A stretch of DNA of 11,589 nt from contig JAZGFI010000166.1 in assembly GCA_036479435.1 (NCBI GenBank), positions 1 to 11,589 on the forward strand. Direction: 5' to 3'. This document shows, in pieces, positions 1-7,823 of this stretch (position 1 is the first letter of the stretch; each line of letters opens with the position of its first letter). The stretch is from Planctomycetota bacterium. Lineage in GTDB: Bacteria > Planctomycetota > GCA-002687715 > DRQF01. A program made the translations under genes and the position numbers. The notes under the pieces are model-generated. The model did no database searches. It was not told where the DNA came from and was given only the letters and a program-made list of their open reading frames with translations.

Positions 1-1
1 G

Positions 2-505
2 CTTTCAACCCCGCTGTTGGTGACGACGGCCGACCACGCTTTTTTACGCGGCGAGATTGTGGACGACTTTTGCCGCCGGGCCGCCGCCGCCGCCGACGTC
101 GATCTTTGGGTTGGAGTCGTCAGGCACCAATCGGTCCAAGTTCTATTTCCCGGACTTAAAAAGACCGCACACAAGTTGCGAGGCGAAGCCTGGTGCGGCT
201 GCAATCTGTTTTACTTCGCCAGCAAAGACAGCCGGCGAGCCGCCGAACTTTGGCGCCGCGCCGAGAAGGACCGAAAACGCCCCTGGCGAATCGCACGTAC
301 CATCGGCTGGAGGTTTCTTTTGAGTTTTCTCTTGGGTCGCCACAGCCTCGAGCAGACGCTCGACCACATCGGAAAAAAACTCGGCATCCGTATCCGCGCC
401 CTGGAGTTGCCCTTCCCCGAGGCTTCGGTTGACGTCGACTCCGTGGAAGACTGGAAAATCGTTGAACAGTTGATCAAAAACTGCGCGAGCGCATCAACCC
501 CGTGA
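2..505 (+). CDS. MobA-like NTP transferase / nucleotidyltransferase family protein, C-terminal part (5' end outside window)
   Basis: Frame is open from base 2 (LSTPLLVTTADHAFL...), so the track start at 17 is not the real start. Motifs LLVTTADH, GCNLF, WRRAEKDRKRPWR and terminal SVDVD are typical of the GT-A MobA-like family I recall from bacterial sphingolipid clusters. TGA at 503-505 overlaps the next GTG. Confidence 0.75.
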   Translation, partial: LSTPLLVTTADHAFLRGEIVDDFCRRAAAAADVDLWVGVVRHQSVQVLFPGLKKTAHKLRGEAWCGCNLFYFASKDSRRAAELWRRAEKDRKRPWRIARTIGWRFLLSFLLGRHSLEQTLDHIGKKLGIRIRALELPFPEASVDVDSVEDWKIVEQLIKNCASASTP

Positions 506-1887
506 CCTCATCACCATCCCGCCCGCTCTTGCTGCTTCCCGTCGAAAATCAAGTCCGCGAACTCGACGCCAAACTCCTCGTGGCCACGATGGCCGCCCTC
601 GAAGGCTATTCTTCGGTCATCGGGTGGAAGGGCTATATCGACTATCAGATCGCGAGATTCGGTCCGAGCATCTACTTCGCCAAATCGATCTCACCGGCCA
701 ACACCAAGATGCTGGGCATCAAAAGACAGCTCGGCCATTTCGTGATCGCCTGGGACGAAGAAGCAGTCGTCCACTACCCCGCCGAAATTTACTATCGGCG
801 GCGCGTCGGTCAGGAGGCGCTTCAACTCATCGATCGCTACGTATGCTGGGGCGAAGACAACGACGAGCTCATGCGGGGTCATCCCGGATTTGATCCCAAG
901 CTATCGCGAATTCTCGGCAACCCTCGAATCGACCTTCTACGCCCCGAGTTACGAGAGTTTTTCCGCGAACGCGCCGAGACTCTGCGGTCCGAACACGGCG
1001 ACTTTGTTTTGGTCAACACCAATTTCGGCTCCGTCAATGGCTACACCGACAAGCTGAATCTAATGCGCCAAGACGAGAGCGGCACCTGGACCATGGGGCG
1101 CGGCTCCAAAGGCATGCCTTTGGACTATGCGCAGGGGCTCTTTGCGTTTCGATCCCGAGTCCTTGAAGGCTTCCGCGAGATATTGCCACGGCTTGCCGCC
1201 GCCAAGCCCCAGCGCCGTATCATCTTGCGGCCTCATCCCTCAGAAGACCACGAGGACTGGCGGCGCCGACTTGCCGACCATCCCAACATCGAGGTGATCG
1301 CCCAGGGCAACGTGGTGCCCTGGCTCATGGCCTGCTCGGCTCTGCTCCACAACGGCTGCACGACGGCGGTAGAGGGCTTTGTTCTGGGCACCAAGATCGT
1401 GTCCTTTGTCCCAGAGGACGATGACCGCTACGAGTTCGCATTACCCAACGCCTTGGGTCCGAGGTGTCGCAACATTGAGGAGGTTTTGGCCGCGCTTGCG
1501 GGCAGCGCTGAGTCGTCAGAGGTTCTCGCCAACCGCCGCAGCCTGGCCACGCGCTTCATCGGCTCTTTGGACGGCGAGCTCTCGAGCCAACGCATTGTCG
1601 CGATGCTCGATGAATGTCATCCGCGACGGGAACTCAGCGGGCTTGCGACCCGCACCTGGGGCAAGATGCGCGCCGAGTGGCGCCAACTGAATAAGATATT
1701 TAAACAGCGATTCGGCGTCGCGCGCTACGGCGAAGATTTTAGACGCCAGCGCTTCCCCGAACTCAGCGAAGAATTCGTTCAACAAAAAGTCGATCAATTC
1801 GCGACCGCCCTTTCTCTGCCAACTTCACCGCGCGTTCGCCAGCGCAGCCTCGATCTCTTCCAACTGACGCCAAGATCAAACCCTTAA
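502..1887 (+). CDS. Surface carbohydrate biosynthesis protein (TIGR04396-like), putative GT-B glycosyltransferase
   Basis: 461-aa ORF. N-terminal PVENQVRELDAKLL, then WDEEA, GNPRIDLLR, NTNF, LRPHPSE and HNGCTTAVE. GTGA overlap with the upstream gene. Confidence 0.75.
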   Translation: MTSSPSRPLLLLPVENQVRELDAKLLVATMAALEGYSSVIGWKGYIDYQIARFGPSIYFAKSISPANTKMLGIKRQLGHFVIAWDEEAVVHYPAEIYYRRRVGQEALQLIDRYVCWGEDNDELMRGHPGFDPKLSRILGNPRIDLLRPELREFFRERAETLRSEHGDFVLVNTNFGSVNGYTDKLNLMRQDESGTWTMGRGSKGMPLDYAQGLFAFRSRVLEGFREILPRLAAAKPQRRIILRPHPSEDHEDWRRRLADHPNIEVIAQGNVVPWLMACSALLHNGCTTAVEGFVLGTKIVSFVPEDDDRYEFALPNALGPRCRNIEEVLAALAGSAESSEVLANRRSLATRFIGSLDGELSSQRIVAMLDECHPRRELSGLATRTWGKMRAEWRQLNKIFKQRFGVARYGEDFRRQRFPELSEEFVQQKVDQFATALSLPTSPRVRQRSLDLFQLTPRSNP

Positions 1888-1967
1888 CGTTCGCGTCAGA
1901 CCATTTTCACTACCCTTTGACCGCACCGCAAAACTCAGCCGCGAAGGAACCGCGTCTAAGCGGACAC

Positions 1968-2687
1968 CTACAGTTCGAAGGTGTCGCCGAGATAAAGCTC
2001 TCTTACTGCCTCATTCTTGATGATTTCGTCCGGGCTTCCCGATGCCAGGACTCGACCTTCACTCAAGGTGTAGACGGAGTCGCAGAGTTTCAAAGCTTCG
2101 CGCACATTGTGGTCCGTCACCAACACGCCAATGCCGCGCGTGGTGAGATAGGCCACGAGGCGTTGGATCTCTCCCACGGCGACGGGGTCGACGCCGGCAA
2201 AAGGCTCATCGAGCAGCATGTAGCGCGGATTGGCGGCAAGGGCGCGCGCCAATTCACAACGCCTGCGCTCTCCACCAGAAAGGACCGCCGTACTTGAATC
2301 GGCAAGGCGCGTAATACGAAGATCTGCCATGAGTTTTTCGAGCTCGTCGCGACAGGCGCCACGACTCAAATCCCGGCGCATCTGCAGCACGCAGAGAATA
2401 TTGTCGGCGACGGTGAGGCCGCGAAAGATGGATGCCTCCTGAGGCAGATAACCAATGCCGCGGCGCGCGCGGAGATGCATGGGAAGGCTGCTGATGTCTT
2501 CGCCGTGCAAGATGACGCGACCGCCGAGTAGCGCAACCTGGCCCAAGATCGCCCGAAAACAGGTCGTTTTGCCGGCACCATTGGGGCCCAAAAGACCGAC
2601 CACTTTGGCGGGTTCAACCGAAAGAGTGACCCCATCTAAGATCGCGCGACCGCGAAACCGCGCACTGAGATTGTGAGCTTCGAGCAC
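1968..2687 (-). CDS. lptB: LptB-family ABC transporter ATP-binding protein (probably a paralogue of the housekeeping copy)
   Basis: Walker A GPNGAGKT, Q-loop GYLPQEASIFR, LptB-type signature LSGGERRR, Walker B LLDEPFAGVDP, TDHNVRE and LptB C-terminal tail YLGDTFEL. Start moved to GTG 2687, which has GGAG 6 nt upstream and gives 239 aa, the normal LptB length. Confidence 0.9.
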   Translation of the reverse strand: MLEAHNLSARFRGRAILDGVTLSVEPAKVVGLLGPNGAGKTTCFRAILGQVALLGGRVILHGEDISSLPMHLRARRGIGYLPQEASIFRGLTVADNILCVLQMRRDLSRGACRDELEKLMADLRITRLADSSTAVLSGGERRRCELARALAANPRYMLLDEPFAGVDPVAVGEIQRLVAYLTTRGIGVLVTDHNVREALKLCDSVYTLSEGRVLASGSPDEIIKNEAVRELYLGDTFEL

Positions 2688-2798
2688 CAGCGTCTCCGAG
2701 GAATTACTTACCGCGAGCCAGCCCGGGCGACGGTGGCCGCGCGATGATACCCTTTGATAGGTCGGCTTTCGAATACATGCCAGGGGACGCGGCAAGGC

Positions 2799-3902
2799 GT
2801 GACGATTTTCGTGCGATACCTGACGGGAGGAGTGGCGCGTCGCGTGCTGCTCATCGCTGGCGTTTTCTCGGCGGTTTTCTCCGGGTACTCAATGGCGATC
2901 TACCTCTCGCAAGCTGCTTCCGGCTTCATCAAGCCGCAGTTCGTCATTCAGCTCGTCTTGACGAAGACTCTGATCGCGACTGAGATCATCCTGCCGATAT
3001 CCGTCTACGTGGCCGTGCTCCTTGCCGTCGAACAACTAAAGCGCGGGCATGAAACCACCGCCATGCAGGCTTTGGGATTCGGTCCTCGGCAGGCGGCGAA
3101 GGCTCTTGCCGGCCTCTTGTTTGCGTTTGCGCTACTCGTCGCCCTGCTGTCAATGTGGTTGCGACCTCTCGCCTACCGACAGGTCTACCTCACCAACGCC
3201 CGGGCGGAAGCCGCATTCGATCTTCTCGCGTTGGAACCGAACCGCTTTTACGTCGGTCACGAGGGCCAGCGGGTCGTCATGGTGGATGGCAAAAGCGAAG
3301 ACGGTGAGTTGCGGCGCGTCTTTATTTGGAGCAAGAACGATCGCGAAGAGCTCGTGTTACGGGCCGACAGACTTCGCCCCAAGGGAATTGAAGACAGCCA
3401 AGGTCGCGACATCGTCGAATCAAAGAACCTTCGCATTTGGCGCATCGCCGAGCAAGGCTGCGAGATCATCGCGGACTCCGGCGAGTTGACGGCCAGCGTC
3501 GACTTCTCCGGTATCACGCCTTTGGGCTACAAACGTAAAGCCGCTTCTACTCTTCGGCTTGCAAGGTCAGATGACGCCGACGACATCGCAGAGTTTCAGT
3601 GGCGAGTTACCCGCCCGATATCAGCCTTTCTCCTCGGTTTCTTGGCATTGTTTGTGGCGGGATGGGCGCGGACTTCGCAGCGTTCAACCCGTACGATTGC
3701 AATTGGAGTCGCTGTCTGCCTCGCGTACTACTTGATCAGCATCAGCGCTCGGCGCTGGGTTCGCGATGAAATCGTCGACGCCTGGCCGGGAATGTGGTGG
3801 GTCGACGCGCTCTTGGCCTTGATCGTGATCGCCTTGTATACCCGTCGCGGACGCAGTCCGCGACGCAGCAGGGCGACAACGACCGGTGGGGCGAACTCAT
3901 GA
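2799..3902 (+). CDS. lptF: LptF/LptG (YjgP/YjgQ) family permease, LptF-like
   Basis: Start GTG 2799 (MTIFVRYL). Three N-terminal hydrophobic segments with the ETTAMQALG coupling helix, a soluble beta-rich middle, AEFQWR, then three C-terminal hydrophobic segments. Confidence 0.85.
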   Translation: MTIFVRYLTGGVARRVLLIAGVFSAVFSGYSMAIYLSQAASGFIKPQFVIQLVLTKTLIATEIILPISVYVAVLLAVEQLKRGHETTAMQALGFGPRQAAKALAGLLFAFALLVALLSMWLRPLAYRQVYLTNARAEAAFDLLALEPNRFYVGHEGQRVVMVDGKSEDGELRRVFIWSKNDREELVLRADRLRPKGIEDSQGRDIVESKNLRIWRIAEQGCEIIADSGELTASVDFSGITPLGYKRKAASTLRLARSDDADDIAEFQWRVTRPISAFLLGFLALFVAGWARTSQRSTRTIAIGVAVCLAYYLISISARRWVRDEIVDAWPGMWWVDALLALIVIALYTRRGRSPRRSRATTTGGANS

Positions 3903-4984
3903 AGCTCTTCGATCGCTACCTCGCCCGAGCGGCCCTGAAGGGCTTTTTATTGGTGTTGCTGGGTCTCGTCGTGCTGATTAGCCTGGCCGCGCTCGTGGGC
4001 GAGCTCAAAGACGTCGGCAAGGGCCACTACGGGCTGATCGATGCCGTGGCGCATGTCGGCCTGACGCTCCCCCAAAGGGCCTTAGACCTTATGGCCGTCT
4101 CTGCCCTCGTCGGGGGAATTCTAGGACTGGGCTCACTGTCTTCGCAGCGAGAGCTACTCATGCTTAGGGCTTTCGGCCAATCGCCACGCCGAATGCTGCT
4201 CTCCGTCGGTTTCGGCGCCGTACTTCTCATGCTCGGCAGCGCTGCGGTGATGGAGCAGCTGGCGCCCCTCAGCTCGCAAGAGGCATCGCGGCGAAAGCGT
4301 ATCGCCTTAGGAAGCGACCGGGCCGCCCTCACCGAAGAGGATCTTTGGCTCCGCAATGACAACTCTATCGTTCGCATCGGCATGGTCGAAGAATCGGGAG
4401 AGCTGAGCGATGTGCAAATCTTCGAATTCGGTGACCGTCAAAACCTGGCCGCGGTGATCCGGGCCGAGACCGCGACGGTCGAACCTGACGGTACTTGGAC
4501 TTTGAGTCAAGTCCGCCGCGATGACTTGGATGCCAAAACACAAGCGACCTTGGCGAACTTGACCTTCAAAGGAGCGCGCGATCCTGCGAACCTCGACCTT
4601 TTGATTGCCCGCCCCGCCGAACTCTCTATGCGCGCCATAAGCCACGAACTAACCAAAGTCCAAAACTCGAAAGCACCAGCTGAGGCTGCCGCTCGCAAAC
4701 GTCATGAAAGCCTCGAGAGGTGGTTTTGGCGAAAACTGGGCGGGATCCTACTTGGCGGCTGCATGCTGATGTTGGCTCTCCCGTTCGCCGTCGGCTCTTT
4801 GAACCCTGCAAGCAAAGGCAAGCGCTTGATCGTCGGCGTCATTATCGGCGCGATGATTCACGTCGCCGTGCAAGCCTCGCATTACGGTGGCGAGATCGGC
4901 GGCTATGACTCGAGGGTCATGGGACTACTGCCCGCCATCATGGCGTTTGCGGCAGCGATCGCGATGACTTGGCGGTTGCGATAA
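3899..4984 (+). CDS. lptG: LptF/LptG (YjgP/YjgQ) family permease, LptG-like
   Basis: ATG 3899 overlaps the lptF stop (ATGA). MKLFDRYL start, LGLGSLSSQRELLMLRAFGQS coupling helix, LWLRND periplasmic domain, FWRKL before the last three TM segments. Confidence 0.87.
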   Translation: MKLFDRYLARAALKGFLLVLLGLVVLISLAALVGELKDVGKGHYGLIDAVAHVGLTLPQRALDLMAVSALVGGILGLGSLSSQRELLMLRAFGQSPRRMLLSVGFGAVLLMLGSAAVMEQLAPLSSQEASRRKRIALGSDRAALTEEDLWLRNDNSIVRIGMVEESGELSDVQIFEFGDRQNLAAVIRAETATVEPDGTWTLSQVRRDDLDAKTQATLANLTFKGARDPANLDLLIARPAELSMRAISHELTKVQNSKAPAEAAARKRHESLERWFWRKLGGILLGGCMLMLALPFAVGSLNPASKGKRLIVGVIIGAMIHVAVQASHYGGEIGGYDSRVMGLLPAIMAFAAAIAMTWRLR

Positions 4985-4998
4985 ATGAGATCACCAAC

Positions 4999-5066
4999 GG
5001 TGGCAGGCACTGCGCCGTCACTATTCGGTGCCTGGCACGGAAAAGTGACGGCGTGGTGCCTCGCAC
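4999..5066. repeat. Array of three palindromic GGTGCCWGGCAC-like units at 28-nt period, forming a 28-bp-arm inverted repeat (REP-like)
   Basis: Units at 4999 (ggtggcaggcac), 5027 (ggtgcctggcac) and 5055 (ggtgcctcgcac). Arms 5005-5032 and 5034-5061 are reverse complements at 24/28 positions. Lies between convergent genes. Confidence 0.8.
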
Positions 5067-5101
5067 GAGATCAACGATGCCTGGCCGGCACCGTATGAAC
5101 A

Positions 5102-6160
5102 CTATCCGCGGAGGAAACGCAGGGAGCCAGCGATGCCGAGCCGCAAGCCGGGTCCTTCGTGATGAATGATCTGGCCGTCCAAGGTCACCCCACCATCGAG
5201 CTCAATGTCGATCTCACTGGCGATGCAGCTATGGTAACCCTTCATTGGAGTGTTGAAGGTACCGGTCTTCGCACGAATCGCCGCAAGGCCCGCACGAAAA
5301 AGGTGGCGGTGATCAGCAGAAACCGCGGTAAGACGGATCTGACCCTGGCCCTCGCCCTCGCCCCAAAACGGGTAAATGCCGAACACCAAACGCTCAAGCG
5401 TACTCGCCAGCGTTACGCACCAGCGATCTTCAGGCAGTAGCTTGCCGTCGGCGAAGATGCGCTGACGACTGGGCTTGAACGCGCTGCGATTCAAGAAGTG
5501 TTTCGCAACCAGTTTGGCAACGCTAACACCCGTACCAATTCCCGTGCGCATGCCGGGCAATTTGCTGTCGTCTCGGAATGCCCAAGTCTTGAGCGAACCT
5601 TCGTAGACCGCACCGCCACCGACGAAGAAGCCACACTCGGGCCGGCTGCCGTTCTTCGAGACAGCGATCACCGAACGCTCGACGATTTCAAATGGTGGGG
5701 CGCCGCCTTCATCCGTCCACTTCAAGAGACGTTGCAGTTGTTCGATCTGGTCGCCTCGAAGACCGACATCGTAAGCGGTCATGTTGGTGCGACCGCCTTC
5801 AAGTACCGCGAGGAGCGGCATCGATTTCTTGCGGTTGAGTAGGTGAGTCGCCACCATGGAGACGGTTCCGTCTCCTCCACTGACCGCAACCACATCCATG
5901 CCCGACTCTTGAAAGTCATCAAGCGCCGCGCCGACGTCATCTGGGTTTCGAACCACAATGTGAGGAACGGGCAATTCGTCGAGCACGCGCGTGACGCGAT
6001 CAAGGTCACCACACAGGTTTCGGTATCCGAGCCCCATGATGACACCCATTCGAAGAGCCGCGCCACGGGGCTTCCGTTGCGGCTCGAGGCGAGGCATCTC
6101 TGATTGGCCAGCGGCAGCAGTGCTCACCTGGCCCATCGTCAAATCGACCTCATGACTCAT
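5102..6160 (-). CDS. Diacylglycerol/sphingosine kinase catalytic-domain (DAGKc) family protein, ceramide-kinase (CpgB)-like
   Basis: VSGGDGTV motif (GGDGT at 5878-5864), LAVLEGGRTNMTAYDVG, GFFVGGG and C-terminal TLDGQ. Start is uncertain (ATG 6160, or later Met codons such as 6049). Confidence 0.75.
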   Translation of the reverse strand: MSHEVDLTMGQVSTAAAGQSEMPRLEPQRKPRGAALRMGVIMGLGYRNLCGDLDRVTRVLDELPVPHIVVRNPDDVGAALDDFQESGMDVVAVSGGDGTVSMVATHLLNRKKSMPLLAVLEGGRTNMTAYDVGLRGDQIEQLQRLLKWTDEGGAPPFEIVERSVIAVSKNGSRPECGFFVGGGAVYEGSLKTWAFRDDSKLPGMRTGIGTGVSVAKLVAKHFLNRSAFKPSRQRIFADGKLLPEDRWCVTLASTLERLVFGIYPFWGEGEGQGQIRLTAVSADHRHLFRAGLAAIRAKTGTFNTPMKGYHSCIASEIDIELDGGVTLDGQIIHHEGPGLRLGIAGSLRFLRG

Positions 6161-6275
6161 TTGTTCATCCCCACGTCAGCGTGTCGGCGGTATGCTAACG
6201 AGCCTCACTGCTCACACCCCGCCTTTCTCACCACCAAGATCAAACCCCTAACCGACTCCGACACAGCGACTTAAG

Positions 6276-6713
6276 TCACTTACCAGCTTCCCAGGCGTTC
6301 TTCAGGCGCCCGATCAAGCTCTTGGCAAGCTCTTCATCCACGTTTGCTCCCTGCGAAAGATCACAAAGACCGGGCCAACCGGGGTCAGCATAGTCCTTCC
6401 CCTCAAAACTAACGAGTTCGGCGTAACGCAGGATTACGTGAAAGTGAACCTGGCGATCGACCATCATCAGCATGAGGTAGTTGATCTTGTCGTAGGAAAA
6501 AGCGGCGGAAAGAGCGTGCTCGAGATCCACAATGACAGATCCGAATTCGGCAAACGCTTCCGCACTGATATCGGAAAAAGCCTCCGCAGGCTCACGGCAA
6601 ATAAGAACGCAAGACCCCAAGGTGACCTGTTTGCTGCGCAGCAACACCACCCAATGGTCGTATTCACGGACGAGTGTTCGCGGGTAGCCGAAGCTAGCCA
6701 TCGTCTCATTCAC
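6276..6713 (-). CDS. HIT (histidine triad) family nucleotide hydrolase
   Basis: Start GTG 6713 (MNETMASFGY) with GGGGGA upstream, overlapping the upstream stop by 8 nt. Motifs WVVLLR..QVTLGS and KINYLMLMMVDRQVHFHVILRY. Confidence 0.85.
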   Translation of the reverse strand: MNETMASFGYPRTLVREYDHWVVLLRSKQVTLGSCVLICREPAEAFSDISAEAFAEFGSVIVDLEHALSAAFSYDKINYLMLMMVDRQVHFHVILRYAELVSFEGKDYADPGWPGLCDLSQGANVDEELAKSLIGRLKNAWEAGK

Positions 6714-7812
6714 GAATTTGTTCCCCCAACCGTGCGACCCCAAAGGTCTCGGTTAACTTGTACAAGATAGTAAAAAGTGTCGACGCTTGCTCACTTCTTT
6801 TCAGAGAGGCCGAATTTGACCCGAGCCAGCGGGCCATTCCCTTGTCGACGAGATTGCTCGCCACGAGTTCACTGCGCCGCAACGGGACCACAAGGCCTTT
6901 TGCCACCAGCGCTTCCCGCCAAGCCCTCGGAACGACCGCCCGCGACAGCGATTCAAGCGCAGCACGGAACTTCTGCCAAGCCGAGGGTCGACGCGGTGGG
7001 GTAAACAGTCGCAGCTCCCCGCCGACCGCGAGGACATCGGCCATCATCGACACGCTGTCGGCCGTCACGACGAATAGCTGCGCTTCCGCAAGGTAGGCCA
7101 AGTAGGGGTTTTCGTCGCTAGACTCGGAGAAACGATGAAAGTGGAGACAGGTTGACTGAGTCGCATTCCGAAGGGCATCCGCGGCCTCTTTGGAGACGCG
7201 CCGGCCGCAAGTGATGAGCAACTGAGCCCCGGTCTCGGCCGCCAGGGCGCAAGCCTCTTCGCCCAATTTCGCCGCCGTCTCGGGGTCGAATCTGTAGGGC
7301 GGCGCATCGCCTCCGACGAGCAAGGCGATCTTAGGCTGCTGCTCAGCGCCCCAACGTAGCGCGTACTTTTCGGCGACGGCAGATTCGCAAGCCTCTTGGC
7401 GAGTAGCGGTTGAGATAGGAAGGTCGACACTGAAATGGCGGGCGTGAGGCGGCAGGCAGTATTGCGGCGTGGACACGACCAGATCGAAAGCCGCCAAAGG
7501 TGCTCGCGGCCGGCCCAGATGAATCAGCCGCGTCTTACCTCCGCTAAGGCGCTTGATGCCGCGGGCGATCGGGGCGCTGCGCCGACCGACGCCAATGACA
7601 AAGTCCGGCCAGGGCGCGACCAAAGACTCCTCCCCCTCCGCGAGGCTCCAAAAAGATGTGCCCAGCAACCAGTTCGGCAAGCGCCGCAACTCGCGATATT
7701 TGAGCATCTTTTTTTCGAAGGAATAGCCCCATCCTCGGGCAAGGCTTAGGGCCTGAGCGTTGTCGCCAACTTTGTCGCCAAGCAGCACCCAGACTTTGAG
7801 GTCTTCGGACAC
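6706..7812 (-). CDS. ELM1/GtrOC1 family putative glycosyltransferase (mitochondrial fission ELM1-like)
   Basis: 368 aa. VWVLLGDKVGDNAQ, PWPDFVIGVGRRS, FDLVVSTPQY, ALLVGG and NPYLAYLA...VVTADSVSMMAD match the ELM1-family pattern. Confidence 0.8.
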   Translation of the reverse strand: MSEDLKVWVLLGDKVGDNAQALSLARGWGYSFEKKMLKYRELRRLPNWLLGTSFWSLAEGEESLVAPWPDFVIGVGRRSAPIARGIKRLSGGKTRLIHLGRPRAPLAAFDLVVSTPQYCLPPHARHFSVDLPISTATRQEACESAVAEKYALRWGAEQQPKIALLVGGDAPPYRFDPETAAKLGEEACALAAETGAQLLITCGRRVSKEAADALRNATQSTCLHFHRFSESSDENPYLAYLAEAQLFVVTADSVSMMADVLAVGGELRLFTPPRRPSAWQKFRAALESLSRAVVPRAWREALVAKGLVVPLRRSELVASNLVDKGMARWLGSNSASLKRSEQASTLFTILYKLTETFGVARLGEQIRE

Positions 7813-7823
7813 GCCATCAAATC

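Noticed and set aside
80..94. (GCC)x5 as a contingency repeat
   Set aside because: In-frame Ala run using the preferred codon; unremarkable at this GC content.
1888..1967. Intrinsic terminator between the convergent GT-like gene and lptB
   Set aside because: No convincing stem-loop with a U-tract was found on either strand.
1917..2297. 126-aa + strand ORF
   Set aside because: Antisense shadow of the conserved lptB, with no independent motifs.
2688..2795. N-terminal extension of LptB in the ORF track (start 2795)
   Set aside because: It would fill the whole divergent promoter gap. GTG 2687 has an SD and gives canonical LptB length.
3794..3898. Longer LptG start at 3794 (likewise LptF 2754 and HIT 6743)
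   Set aside because: Family-typical N-termini and stop/start overlaps point to 3899, 2799 and 6713.
4999..5092. Mini CRISPR array
   Set aside because: Repeats are only about 12 nt, spacers are 16 nt and complementary to each other, and there are no cas genes or leader.
4969..5169. 66-aa ORF across the lptG/kinase gap
   Set aside because: It overlaps both flanking genes, runs through the palindromic repeat and has no recognisable features.
6161..6275. Structured RNA or promoter between HIT and the kinase-like gene
   Set aside because: Only a 7-bp distant inverted match (gtgtcgg/ccgacac) and a lone -10-like hexamer without a -35; not enough support.
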